DNA of 64,000 nucleotides from a virus (taxonomy: Duplodnaviria > Caudoviricetes), in IMG/VR virus record IMGVR_UViG_3300029705_000100, positions 8,043 to 72,042 of that record; one strand, written 5' to 3'. A program made the position numbers and the translations under genes. The first letter of the stretch is position 1, and every line of letters starts with the position of its first letter. Positions 53,114 to 63,715 of the stretch are shown one piece after another. The notes beneath the pieces are model-generated. The model saw only the letters and a program-made list of their open reading frames with translations. It did not search any database and had not been told where the DNA came from.

Positions 53114-54658
53114 ATGGGATGGTTTGATAGATAGAGAAAGACCCCTCAGCCGCGGGACGAGCCCAGACAGGCGAAGAGCGTAGATATCGCTGTGGGTGCA
53201 AAGGATGACGGCAATGGTACGATGACTTATAATGATAAGTCCATTACCTACACCGGCGACCTTGCGAGCTATGACTATGACAGCATCCTTCGGGATAAAC
53301 AGCGCAATATCAACAGCCTGTTTGAACTGAGCGACTACTATGTAGACGCCGATCCAATCTACCGTGGTATCATCAGGGGGGTGTATGTACCCTTCAGCGT
53401 TGCGGATGACTGGAGGCTGATCGGCGCAAACGAGCAGACCAAGGAAAAATACGAAGAGTACTATGAACGTATCGGCCTTGCGGATCGCGCCAGAAGCATC
53501 TATTACCAGTATTACAAATACGGCAATGTGTATGTTTACCTGCTGGAGGATGGCAGGATGATTACGCTTCCGGTGCATCTGATCCGCATTGCGAACGTCA
53601 TGATCGGTAACGAGCCGGTACTGGAGTTCAACTGCAAATCCGTCCGCGACGATATGCGGCAGCAGGGCGTCAAGGCGCAGAAGGATTTTCTGGAGGATGA
53701 GGATCTGGAAGTTCGACTGGAAGGTTTTCCACCCGAGGTTGCGGAGGCAATCAAGAAGGGCTCCGACTGGGTGCAGCTGAATCCGGAGAATACGTTCTGC
53801 ATGCAGGACTTCAAGGAGGACTGGACGCGGTACGCTATTCCCATGGTCGCCACCTGCCTGGGTGCATTTCGCAGGAAGGCACTGATCGCACAGTATGAAT
53901 CGGCGTAGCTGAATCTGGGCGCGCACAGCTTTGTTCATGTGACCTATGGTGACAGTAAATCGGACATTATGCCAGATATCACTGCACTCAATGCAGTCAA
54001 CGCACTGTTCCGCAGGGCGATGACCGGTTCTGCGCTGGCGACGACCAACCATCTGTGTAAGGCGGAGGTCATTCAGCCGAACCTGAACGAGATGTTCTCG
54101 GATGACAAGTACCGGGATGTCAATGCAGAAATCTTGTCCGCAGGCGGCATCTCTGGTATTATTGTCTCCGGCCGCGCTGAGGACGGCAGCAATTTTGCTT
54201 CAGCTCAAGTCTCCATGCAGACTGCTGCGATCCGCATCAAGCAGGCGCGGGATAATTTCTGCGAGCTCATGGATAAGATCAACCTGCGGCTCAACGGCAG
54301 AGGACGTGGCGGCGTAACGCACAGCCGCCCGGAAAATGTGCCGCGCTTTACCTATCCGCCTGTGGATCTGGCTAACAGTCATAAGTTTCAGGAAGTATGT
54401 CTGAAGCTGTGGGAAGCCGGCGTTGTTTCTACCAAGACCATGCTGCAGACTCACGGATATGATATGGATCAGGAAGTGGAGCGTATGAAGCATGAGCCTG
54501 CCAGAGATAAGGATGGCAAAGAGAATCATGATTCTTCCGCGTCCGGAGGCGGCAAGGTTGGCCGCCCGGAGATGGATGACACTGAGCGCAGCTCTGACCC
54601 GTTGAAATCGCAGACAGGTGCGCAGCCGAAGCCCTCAAACCCCGAAGGAAGTTAGTAA
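53114..54658 (+). CDS. Portal protein; TAGs at 53132, 53906 and 54653 (the last followed by TAA)
   Basis: GGAGG RBS; MGWFDR*RK; YYKYGNVY; YESA*LNLGAHSFVHVTYG; position after terL. Confidence 0.82.
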
Positions 54659-54670
54659 GAGGAGGATACA

Positions 54671-55786
54671 ATGAATAAGGTATCTTTTATGGCACCGCGG
54701 GTGATGATGGCGGCAACTGAGCAGAACGATATTTACATGACTGTCGTGATGCGCATGTTCTCCACGGCGCCCAACAGAAACGGCTTTGCTGTGAGCGAAG
54801 CATTTATCGACAATATCGTTGCCAATGCGGCGAAGTACACCTGTCTTCCGTAGTGCGCGGACGCTGGTCGCCTGAGAAACGGCGGCATGGACGGCTTGAC
54901 ACACCGATTGAACAAGACCTCCGGCATCTTTGAGAGCGAGCAGATCGGCTCGTTCTTTTCTTTTGCCAAGGAGATTGACAACGGCGTGATCAGCCTACTT
55001 GGCGAAGCGAGAATTCCCAAGAGAAATCCGATGCTTTGTGAAACGCTCATGCGGCTGTATGAGGCTGGCGCACTGAATTTCTCGTTTGAGATACTGGTAG
55101 GCAATGCCACCCAGATGGATGGCGTCACGCTGATCGACGCTGTAGAAGGCAACGAACTGATTGGCATGGCGGTGGTTACGACTCCCGCTTGCCCCGAGGC
55201 GACAGCGATCAAGCTGATCGCCGAAGATGAAAACGATAACGATGATGACAGAGAGGATGAAGAGGAAATGGACGAGAAGGATAAGAAGATCGCCGAACTG
55301 GAAGGCAAGCTTCAGTAGGCTGAGCAGAAGGCGACCAATGATGAAGAGCTCCGTAAGAAGGACGAGGAGCTTACCAAAGAAAAGGAGCAGCGCGAAAGGG
55401 CTGAGGCTGAGCTGACCGAGGCAACCGGCAAGCTGACCGAAGCGGAAACCCAGCTGGCAGAAAAGGATACCCGCATTGCTGAACTGGAGGCGCAGGTATC
55501 CGAGCTCGACCCCATCAAGGCTGAGGTCGAGCAGCTGCGTGCTGACAAGGCTGCCGCTGAACTGGCTGCCAAGCAGCAAGAACTGACCCGATTTGCGGAA
55601 GCTCAGGGTCTGGACGCCAAGGAAGCGGCTATCGCCGAAGCGATCCAGAAGGCAGACTATGCTGCTCTGGTTGCTGAATCCATGAAGAAGGAAAAGACCG
55701 AGACCAAGCCTGTCGTCGCATCCTACGCCATGGGCGGCGGCATTACTGCCAAGGGCGAATACGATGACCTGCTGGGCAAGGCCTGA
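54671..55786 (+). CDS. Prohead protease/scaffold protein; TAGs at 54851 and 55316
   Basis: PNRNG, CLP*CAD, FSFEI, AVVTTPA, then a long coiled coil. Confidence 0.8.
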
Positions 55787-55808
55787 TGATGAATAGGAGG
55801 AATGAGAT

Positions 55809-56237
55809 ATGGCTGGTTATGTGACTAAGCTGATGGGCCACGTCTATGACGGCGCCTATACTGCCGCCGAACCGCTGATCAACGGCGTGTTCGCAGAGAT
55901 TACCGCAGACGGCGTCAAGAAGACTGCCGCCGCAAAGGACACCATCCTGCGCGTTGAGGAGAAGACCGAGCTGTGGGGCAATCCCGCTGTGGTGTAGAAC
56001 GTCACCGGCGTTGGCACCGACGAGGTCTACTTCGTTGAGAACGAGTGGGAAGTTGACGAGAATGCAGAATGGAATGAAGCGGATTACACCCTGCCCACTG
56101 GCAAGTATGTGCGCATGAAGCGCCTGCTGCCCGGCGAACAGGTGATCATGTCCGTTGCTACTGAACTGCATTCCGCACTTGCGGTTGGCGATTCCGTGCA
56201 GCCCGCAGCTGACGGCGTGATCGCCAAGACCGCTTGA
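55809..56237 (+). CDS. Head decoration-like structural protein; TAG at 55995
   Basis: MAGYVTKLMGHVYDG...PAVV*NVTG; lies between protease and capsid. Confidence 0.7.
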
Positions 56238-56256
56238 TAGGAAGGAGAGATAAACT

Positions 56257-57258
56257 ATGCCTCAGATTGATATCCGAAAGGACAGCAAGCTGGTGCAGCT
56301 GATCACTGCCCAGGCGCGCGGCGAGCGTGTTGATTCCGATCAGGCCGACAAGGCTGCAAAGTAGATCGCGGAGCTGGCTTCCGATCCTACCCCGCACAAC
56401 AAGTATGCAATTGGCCAGCTTGTGGGTTTTACCGTCAATGAGATGGTACGTCCCCAGACCGACTGGCTGAACCATGTAGCTGACGTCAAGCACGTTGGTT
56501 ATGGTGAAAAGGCCTCTTTCCGCGTCAAGCAGGAAGGCATCCGTGCATTCATCATGGCGAAGGCCGGTACTCCCGCCCGTTCCAAGATCGCGCACAAGCA
56601 GGTCACTCTGGACACCATTGCTGTATCTGCCAGACCTGTGATCAACCTGTACGAGCTGCGCACCGGTCGCGTGCAGATGGCTGACCTGATCCGTGACGCC
56701 GCCAATGAGATGCATCTCAAGCAGGTTCAGTACATTCAAGGTGTACTGCACAGTGCGGCGGAGAATTGGGAATCTCCCTTCTATGGCACCGGTACCGGCA
56801 TCGTCAAGACTGTGTTGAATCCCATGCTGCAGCATTGGATGCGAACCGGTTCGGTTTCCCTGCTGGGTGATATCGCGATCATCTCTCAGCTGGCCGAACA
56901 GACCGGCTTCACTGCGGCGGCTGCCACTCAGCAGTTCTCCCAGAACGTGATTGATGAGGTCATGCGCACCGGCCTGATCGGCACCTACTACGGCGCCAAG
57001 GTCATCAACATGGTCAACCCCTATCTGGGCGACAATGTGACTCCGGTGATCGATACCAAGCGTCTGTATATTCTGCCTTCCGGCGCTTCTGCGGACATGC
57101 GTCCTCTGAAGGTACTGTACGAGGGTGACGTCCAGTCCACTGAATCCACCAACATCGACGATCTCGCCTATGAGGTTCGTCTGGACCAGTGGTTCGGCGC
57201 CGGTATCGTGGTCGGTAAGACTCCGACTATGAGTGTGTACACCGATACCACTGCCTGA
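56257..57258 (+). CDS. Major capsid protein; TAG at codon 36 (56362)
   Basis: 333 aa; GAAGGAG RBS; DKAAK*IAELA; position in the head module. Confidence 0.82.
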
Positions 57259-57310
57259 TAAACGATGTATGCGGCGGAGGAGCATCCTCCGCCGCAGGAG
57301 GTGATTGAAC

Positions 57311-57733
57311 ATGGAAAAGATTCGAGTACACAATCCACGTAAGTTTGCGATTGGCCTGACGCTGGCGAACGGTACTGAGCGTACTGTTCTGCCTGGCTCC
57401 TATACGCTGCTTTCGAAGGAAGATATTGAGCATCTGGCCAGTTTTGCACCGGCGCTGTTTCAGGATGAAAAGCTGCTGCGTATTGAGGAGCGAAATCTGA
57501 CTGCAGAGTTGGGCTTTATTGACGATCCTGAAAAGCCGGTGCTGGATGATGAGGAGATTCGCAAGAATCTCAGTCAGCGTGTTTCTCAGGTAAAGGCATG
57601 GCTGGACGGCATTGATGAAGCGTACCTGCTGGACGCTATCTGTGATGTCGCAGCCGGTATGGACCTGCCAGCCAGCAAGCTGCAGCTGCTTCAGGAGAAG
57701 CTTCCTGAGCGTGAGTTTCTGAAGACCGAATGA
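57311..57733 (+). CDS. Head-associated hypothetical protein
   Basis: Position after capsid; RBS. Confidence 0.65.
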   Translation: MEKIRVHNPRKFAIGLTLANGTERTVLPGSYTLLSKEDIEHLASFAPALFQDEKLLRIEERNLTAELGFIDDPEKPVLDDEEIRKNLSQRVSQVKAWLDGIDEAYLLDAICDVAAGMDLPASKLQLLQEKLPEREFLKTE

Positions 57734-57748
57734 TGGAGGTGATCTGCC

Positions 57749-58138
57749 ATGACGGATATACAGAAGATGGCTCAGGAGCTGAGACAGCGCACCGAATGGC
57801 AGGATACTCCGGTGGAATTGGTCAACGAAGATTATCTGGAGATCGTCCGTCAGGCAGTACGCCATCTGTATGTGATGACCGGGCGTTACACTCAGTATGA
57901 TGATTCTTCGGATATTGCTCTTAGCGCAGACGAATATGAGTATGTGCTGACTACTGCGGAGATTGGTTTCTACCGTCGCGTGCAGTCGGACGTTAACCGA
58001 ATCGTCGGTTATTCTACTGACGCTATGACGATCACCAACGCGGACAAGCCCTATGCCAACATCAGTCAGACAGTGAACGAGCTTCTGAACAGACAGCGGA
58101 TTCTCTACTACAAGATGACGCGTTTTGTACTTCTGTGA
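57749..58138 (+). CDS. Head-tail adaptor-like protein
   Basis: Position; helical 129 aa. Confidence 0.6.
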   Translation: MTDIQKMAQELRQRTEWQDTPVELVNEDYLEIVRQAVRHLYVMTGRYTQYDDSSDIALSADEYEYVLTTAEIGFYRRVQSDVNRIVGYSTDAMTITNADKPYANISQTVNELLNRQRILYYKMTRFVLL

Positions 58139-58151
58139 CGGAGGTGGATGG

Positions 58152-58832
58152 ATGAAATTCTATGTGCCGCCAAAGCTTCGGCAGGATTTCAAGGACTGGC
58201 TACATACTGACGTCCAAAATGCCAACTATGATTTCCAGATCATCCGCGACTGGTATCAGCAGACGAAAGTGGCGCCGATCCGGGCGCTGTTCTTTCCGAT
58301 ATCCTGGAAATCCAAAATCGGAAACTCGGACGCCAACAGTAACTTCAAGACCAGCTATGATTACATCATCCGCAAGGGCGACATCGCCATCCGCGAGGAT
58401 GGCATGATCCTGATGCTGAACTGGCAGGTGCAGAACAATCCCAACAACCAGTCCACACAGGCGATTGCTTGCAATGCCCGCTTTCAGTTTGAACGGCATG
58501 TGGACGAGAAGGTTGACAGCAAGGGGTTCCTGATTGAGGAGGCGCATGACGAGATCATCGCACCGAAAATCCCCGGCGTGTATGCTGAGTATACCGGCAG
58601 GCCTGATTATGCGGCAAGCTACAATACGCCCGGTATATCGCCGGATCACCTGCTGACGGTGCAGGTGCAGTTCAATCCACGGACGGATCTGATCCGGCTT
58701 GGCGATGAGTTTGCCCTCATGCACAGCCGGTACCGCATCGTCAACCGCGTGGATACAGAAGTGGACATTGATCGCCAATACGGGATCATAAACTAGATGG
58801 CGCGAAGGATCGCCGGAGAGGAGTCGCTATGA
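58152..58832 (+). CDS. Head-closure-like protein; TAG at 58794
   Basis: YGIIN*MARRIAGEESL-TGA; read-through gives an ATGA overlap with the next gene. Confidence 0.72.
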
Positions 58833-59386
58833 AGCAGAGCTGCAATCGGATTTCTCTGGATGAAGCTGCGCTGATGGCCGCTCTCCGCGAAGAAGCGAAG
58901 GATGCGTTGGAACGGGAAGGGCAAAGGCTGCTCAGTCATATGCAGCACGAAGTTATAAATACCACCCACGGCGGCGCCCCTGGCAAGCCGGACTGGCGTA
59001 AGGAAATCGTGCGGAATCTGGATAAGACAGCGGTGGCTGTCACGGATGATTCGGTATCGATGGACTTTGGCTATTCTCCTTCTGATAAGGCGGATGAAGT
59101 ACGTGCCATGTTGGTTGAGGCAGGCTCCGGCAGTGCAGCCGGTGGCAAGCCTATTACGGCGGGACCGAATGGCAGAAGCGTATGGAACAGTGAGCTGGAT
59201 GGAAAGCATCCGTCCCGAGCTAAGAGCGTGTACAAGCTGCCGGCTGAATTCAACCAGAAGGGCAACAAGTTTGTTGAGAATGCGATGCGTATGATGCAGA
59301 CGGAGTTCGGTACGATAACGGAGACAGTATTTGCAACTACTCCCGACAGTGCTTACTATGGAAACGTGAAGGTGGATGAGCGATGA
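58829..59386 (+). CDS. Tail completion/neck-like protein
   Basis: Position; ATGA coupling at both ends. Confidence 0.6.
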   Translation: MKQSCNRISLDEAALMAALREEAKDALEREGQRLLSHMQHEVINTTHGGAPGKPDWRKEIVRNLDKTAVAVTDDSVSMDFGYSPSDKADEVRAMLVEAGSGSAAGGKPITAGPNGRSVWNSELDGKHPSRAKSVYKLPAEFNQKGNKFVENAMRMMQTEFGTITETVFATTPDSAYYGNVKVDER

Positions 59387-59856
59387 AGAAACTGCGCACA
59401 TGGCATGATAACTGGAACAACGTGATCCGCGAGGTTTTGTTTCCGGACGCCGAATAGAAGACGCTGATGTGTATTCCGGAAGATAAGCGGGAGAACATCC
59501 GCGAGTTCATCGACCGCTACTTCATTGAGGATGCCATGCCGGACGAACTGGTTCTGAATGAAGACGTACGCGTGATCTGTTACGAAACCGAGGGTACGCA
59601 GCTGGGAACGCCGCATGTGCTCAGAAAATTCCTGGCCTTTGATATTTATGTCAAGGAAGATGCTCTGTATAACGTTGGAGCAGATCGACTACAGCGTCGG
59701 GACAAAAAAATAAGTCAGCGGCTCAAAGAACTGCTGACTGGGAAAGAGCATGTATGTGGTATACGATTTGGGTATGAGGATGAATACCATCTGGGAGCCA
59801 AAACGATTGGCTATAGAAGGTATCATGTGGTATTCTCATATGTGACTACATGGTGA
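59383..59856 (+). CDS. Tail terminator-like protein; TAG at 59455
   Basis: ATGA overlap start; LFPDAE*KTLMCIP. Confidence 0.72.
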
Positions 59857-60040
59857 TCATTTTTCCACGAATGTCTTGACGATCTGAACGATCTGCTCGT
59901 GGCGTTCTTCTGGCGCGGTCTTCATGTAAGCGGCGACCTTCATAATGTGCTCATCGATAGGAATGAGATCCACATCCTCGCTTGAGAGATTGAGTAGATC
60001 AGAAAGGTCGATCTGCAAGGCCTGCGCGATAGGCGAAAAT
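59857..60040 (-). pseudogene. Possible C-terminal remnant of an XRE-family HTH regulator
   Basis: IAQALQIDLSDLL resembles the end of an XRE HTH; N-terminal half absent. Confidence 0.35.
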
Positions 60041-60042
60041 AC

Positions 60043-60546
60043 ATGACAAAATTGGTATGTGCATTTACTGGACATCGACCAGAAAAGCTGGGATTCCCGT
60101 GGGATGAAAGTGAGCCTCGCTACAAGCGGCTCAAACAAAAACTATTTTGTGAAATATTACAATTGACCCGTGACGGTGTGAGTGTCTTTATTACCGGAAT
60201 GGCAAGAGGCGTAGACCAGCTTGCAGCAGAGATCGTTCTCTCTTTGAAGGATGTCGTTCCGGACAGAAATCTGCAGCTGTGGGCTGCTGTACCATATGAC
60301 CGTCAATCGTTGAGCTGGTCTCCCAAGGATAAGGCGAGATACGATGCTATCCTTAAAAAAGCAGACAAGATTGAATATGTAAGCCACAATTACTACAATG
60401 GATGCCTGCTTACGAGGAACCGTTACATGGTAGACAATGCCAGCCACCTGATTGCAGTCTATGATGAGAATCAGGGTGGCGGCACTAAATACACGGTTGA
60501 CTATGCCCGAAAGAAAGGGCTGAACATTATTATCATCGAACCATGA
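60043..60546 (+). CDS. SLOG-family YspA/DUF1273 protein
   Basis: CAFTGHRP, FITGMARGVD, AAVPY, RNRYMVDNA, GGTKYTVDYA. Confidence 0.88.
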   Translation: MTKLVCAFTGHRPEKLGFPWDESEPRYKRLKQKLFCEILQLTRDGVSVFITGMARGVDQLAAEIVLSLKDVVPDRNLQLWAAVPYDRQSLSWSPKDKARYDAILKKADKIEYVSHNYYNGCLLTRNRYMVDNASHLIAVYDENQGGGTKYTVDYARKKGLNIIIIEP

Positions 60547-60563
60547 AGGAGGTTTGATTCACA

Positions 60564-61397
60564 ATGGCACAGTACATTGATCAGATCGCCGGTTACATTG
60601 CAGACAACCCGAATTAGGATTTTGAGCGATGTGACGGCAAGGTGTTTTCCTACTACGAGGTAAACACCGCGAACATGAGCGCGACCAACAACACCCTGTC
60701 TATTAACGGCGGTCAGGGCAACTATCCGCTGGCATTCATTGAGACCGACAAGGCGTAGGAATTCACCTTCGCCAGCTCTCAGTTTTCTCTGGATATGTTT
60801 GCCATGGCGAACGCCGTTCAGATGAAGCAGGGCGATGTTGCTACTCTGGAGAGCAAGCTGTATGAGGTGAAGGCCGGTCTCAACGTAACCATCCCTTATG
60901 AGACGCAGGCGGAATCCGTGAAGATCAGCGGTTTTGAACAGGCGGATACCGCAGCTGCTGGCAAGTTCTCCGTAGCTGCCGGTGACGGTGATACTCCCAC
61001 TACGGAGATCACCTTCCACGAAGGCGACATTGCTGTTGGCGATACCATCCGCATTGCCTATCGCCGCCGTGTGAACGGCGCATCCATGGCGACGGTCAAG
61101 ACCAACTCCACTACCGCCAAGGGCGCTCTGTATGCACACTGGCCGGTCTACTCCAGCGGCACCGATTGCACCGAAAGCTCCATCAAGGGCTATCTGCATC
61201 TTTATATTCCGCGTGTGCGCGTGACTGCGCTGCCCGGCTTCGACAACAGCTACAAGTCTGCTGCTACCAACAGCGTGACTTTCAGCGCCATCGACCCGAA
61301 GCGCGCAGACGAAAAGATGTACGATCTGTACTACGAGCCGCTGGATGCTAACGGCGCAGTTGTCACTACGCCCACCGGCGAAGTGACCTGGAACTGA
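60564..61397 (+). CDS. Major tail (tube) protein; TAGs at 60615 and 60756
   Basis: AGGAGG RBS; YIADNPN*DFERCDG; TDKA*EFTFASSQF; in frame with track ORF 60795. Confidence 0.78.
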
Positions 61398-61407
61398 TGA
61401 TTGATCG

Positions 61408-61438
61408 GGGACACAGCATGAGCGCTGTGTCCCTTTTC
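61408..61438 (+). terminator. Rho-independent terminator after tail tube gene
   Basis: GGGACACAGC/GCTGTGTCCC stem followed by TTTT. Confidence 0.75.
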
Positions 61439-61462
61439 TGATGCAGAAGGAGGAAAAGGACA

Positions 61463-62977
61463 ATGGCGAAGTATACGAACTAGCAGTAGGTCGCCTTTGC
61501 CGAAAAGGCACTTGCTGAAGGCTGGAAATACTGGTACGGAACGTGCGGCTATAAGGCCACTCAGTCCCTGTACGAGAGAAAAAAGAAGCAGTATCCCAAG
61601 CACTACACGGATGGCAGAACTGCGACTTATAAGAAGCATATTGCGGAAGGCCGCATGGTTGCCGACTGCGTCGGTCTGATCAAGGCGTTCTTCTGGACTT
61701 CCAACGGCACTGCTGAGAACAAGTATCAGGCAAACAACTGCCCTGACCGTTCTGCCAATGGTATGTTCTCCCTGTGCGAGAAGACCGGCAAGATCGCGAC
61801 TATTCCCAACACCCCTGGTCTGGTGGTGTGGAACGACGGCCACATCGGCGTCTCTATTGATGGCATCTATGCCATCGAAGAGCGCGGTTTCAACTACGGA
61901 ATCGTCAAAACCAAGATTTCTGATCGCAGCTGGACCAACTGGGGTAAACTGCCTGCATCCATGCTGGACTATGTGAACGGCGATGTGCAGGAGGATCCTG
62001 ATGATGCAGCTGAATGTCCCTATACCGAGCCCACGAAGAATCTGAAGAAGGGTGCCGAAGGAACCGGCGTCAAGTGGGTGCAGTGGATGCTGGAGGGCTG
62101 CGGCTACTCCGTGGGCAGCTATGGCATCGATGGCGATTTCGGCTCCGCAACGCATGCTGCAGTAACGAAATTCCAGAAAGACCAGAAGCTGGAAGTGGAC
62201 GGAGTTGTGGGCAAGCTGACCCGCGCTGCGCTGAAGGCTGCACAGCCTAAGGTTGAGATTGATCCGGATGGCGAAGACGATCCTGATGATGAAGATGACG
62301 ACAAGCAGGAACATCAGGCTCCTGAAACCTCTGCACCTGCTGACCCTGAGCCGGAGGTCAAGGAGGAATATGATATCAAGGGAAAGATCGCAGATCTGTC
62401 CAAGTGGCAGGGCGCGATCGACTGGAGCAAGGCTGCCCGCGAACTGGACTTCTGCATTCTCCGTGCGCAGTACGGTCATGAGAAGATTGACGAGAAGTAC
62501 AAGGAATATGCCCTCGGCTGTGAAGAACATGACATTCCCTACGGCGCGTACTCATACTGTCTGTTCGATGACGAGGAAACCGCGGTTGAGGAAGCTCAGT
62601 TCTTCATGGAGCGCATTGCGGGCACCAATCCGCTGTATCTCGTTCTCGACGTCGAGCCGGGCGGTGTGAAGGCGCGGGATATCCGCAAGGAGGTTTCCGC
62701 TTACATTGCAGAGCTGCGCAGGCTGGGTGTGCAGCGCATCGGTCTGTACATCGCCCACCATGCGTACAAGGCGTACAACATCAATGTGGACGAGGCGGAC
62801 TTTGTATGGATTCCCCGATACGGCTCCAACTCCGGTCAGCCTGAAAAGGAACCGGATCATCCCTGTGATCTGTGGCAGTATACCTCCAATGGTCTGCTGG
62901 GCGGCGTCAAGGGCCGTGTGGATCTCAATAAGCTGATGGACGAAACCCGCATGGCGTGGTTTCGCGGAGAGGAGTAA
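61463..62977 (+). CDS. Endolysin: NlpC/P60-like peptidase + peptidoglycan-binding domain + GH25 muramidase; TAGs at 61481 and 61487
   Basis: MAKYTN*Q*VAFAEKAL; ADCVGL, GHIGV; VDGDFG/VDGVVG; ADLSKWQG, VLDVE, LWQYTS, VDLN. Confidence 0.9.
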
Positions 62978-63318
62978 TGAGCATGAACATGATTGACCTG
63001 ACTCCTGTATTGGAGGCATAGATCGGCCTCCTTGCCACGATCATCACCGTCAAGGTGATCCCGTGGCTGAAGAGTAAAACGACCAAGGAACAGCAGGATT
63101 ACCTGCTGGCAACTGCCCGCGTACTGGTGTATGCGGCTGAGCAGGTGTATGGCGCCGGCAAGGGCGACGTAAAGATGCAGTATGTGCAGGACGAGCTGGA
63201 AAGTAGAGGCCTGAGTATTGATCTTCCCGTCATCGAGGCGGCTGTACGCGAGATGAACCTTATCGAGAGCTGGGAAACCACCATCGAACTGGAGGAAACT
63301 GAGGATGGCAAGCACTAA
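62977..63318 (+). CDS. Holin (LL-H-like); TAG at 63019 within the TM helix
   Basis: IDLTPVLEA*IGLLATIITVKVIPWLKSK...AAEQVYGAGKG...IEAAV. Confidence 0.88.
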
Positions 63319-63715
63319 GCCCATCCCGCCGACAGATCAGACGGAAAAGGGACTGCCGCAGGTCGGCAGTCCCGAAAATACCGTCGTAATCGGCGGTGAA
63401 TAGATTGAAATCAAGCCCACGAAGCTGCGCTATCAGCGCAACCGGACTGCGGCATTTTATAAAGTACTGGAGATGTATCCCATTGCTGATATTCTAGCCA
63501 TGGAAGCTGGAGCTTTCGGCGACGATCGCGACGGCGACAAAGCCTTGATGGACTGGCTGATTGCGGTGACAGATCATCCCGATCTGGTGACTGCCCATTA
63601 CGATGAGATGGACACCGGAACCATCGAGCAGCTGCTCACGATCTTCCGGCGCGTGAACCGGATTGATGAAAAGGAACAGAAGCTAAAAAACCTGCAGACG
63701 GCACGAAAGGCGTAA
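63305..63715 (+). CDS. Tail assembly chaperone (gpG-like); TAG at 63401
   Basis: VVIGGE*IEIKPTKLRYQRNR; ends just after A-AAA-AAC slippery site. Confidence 0.75.
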
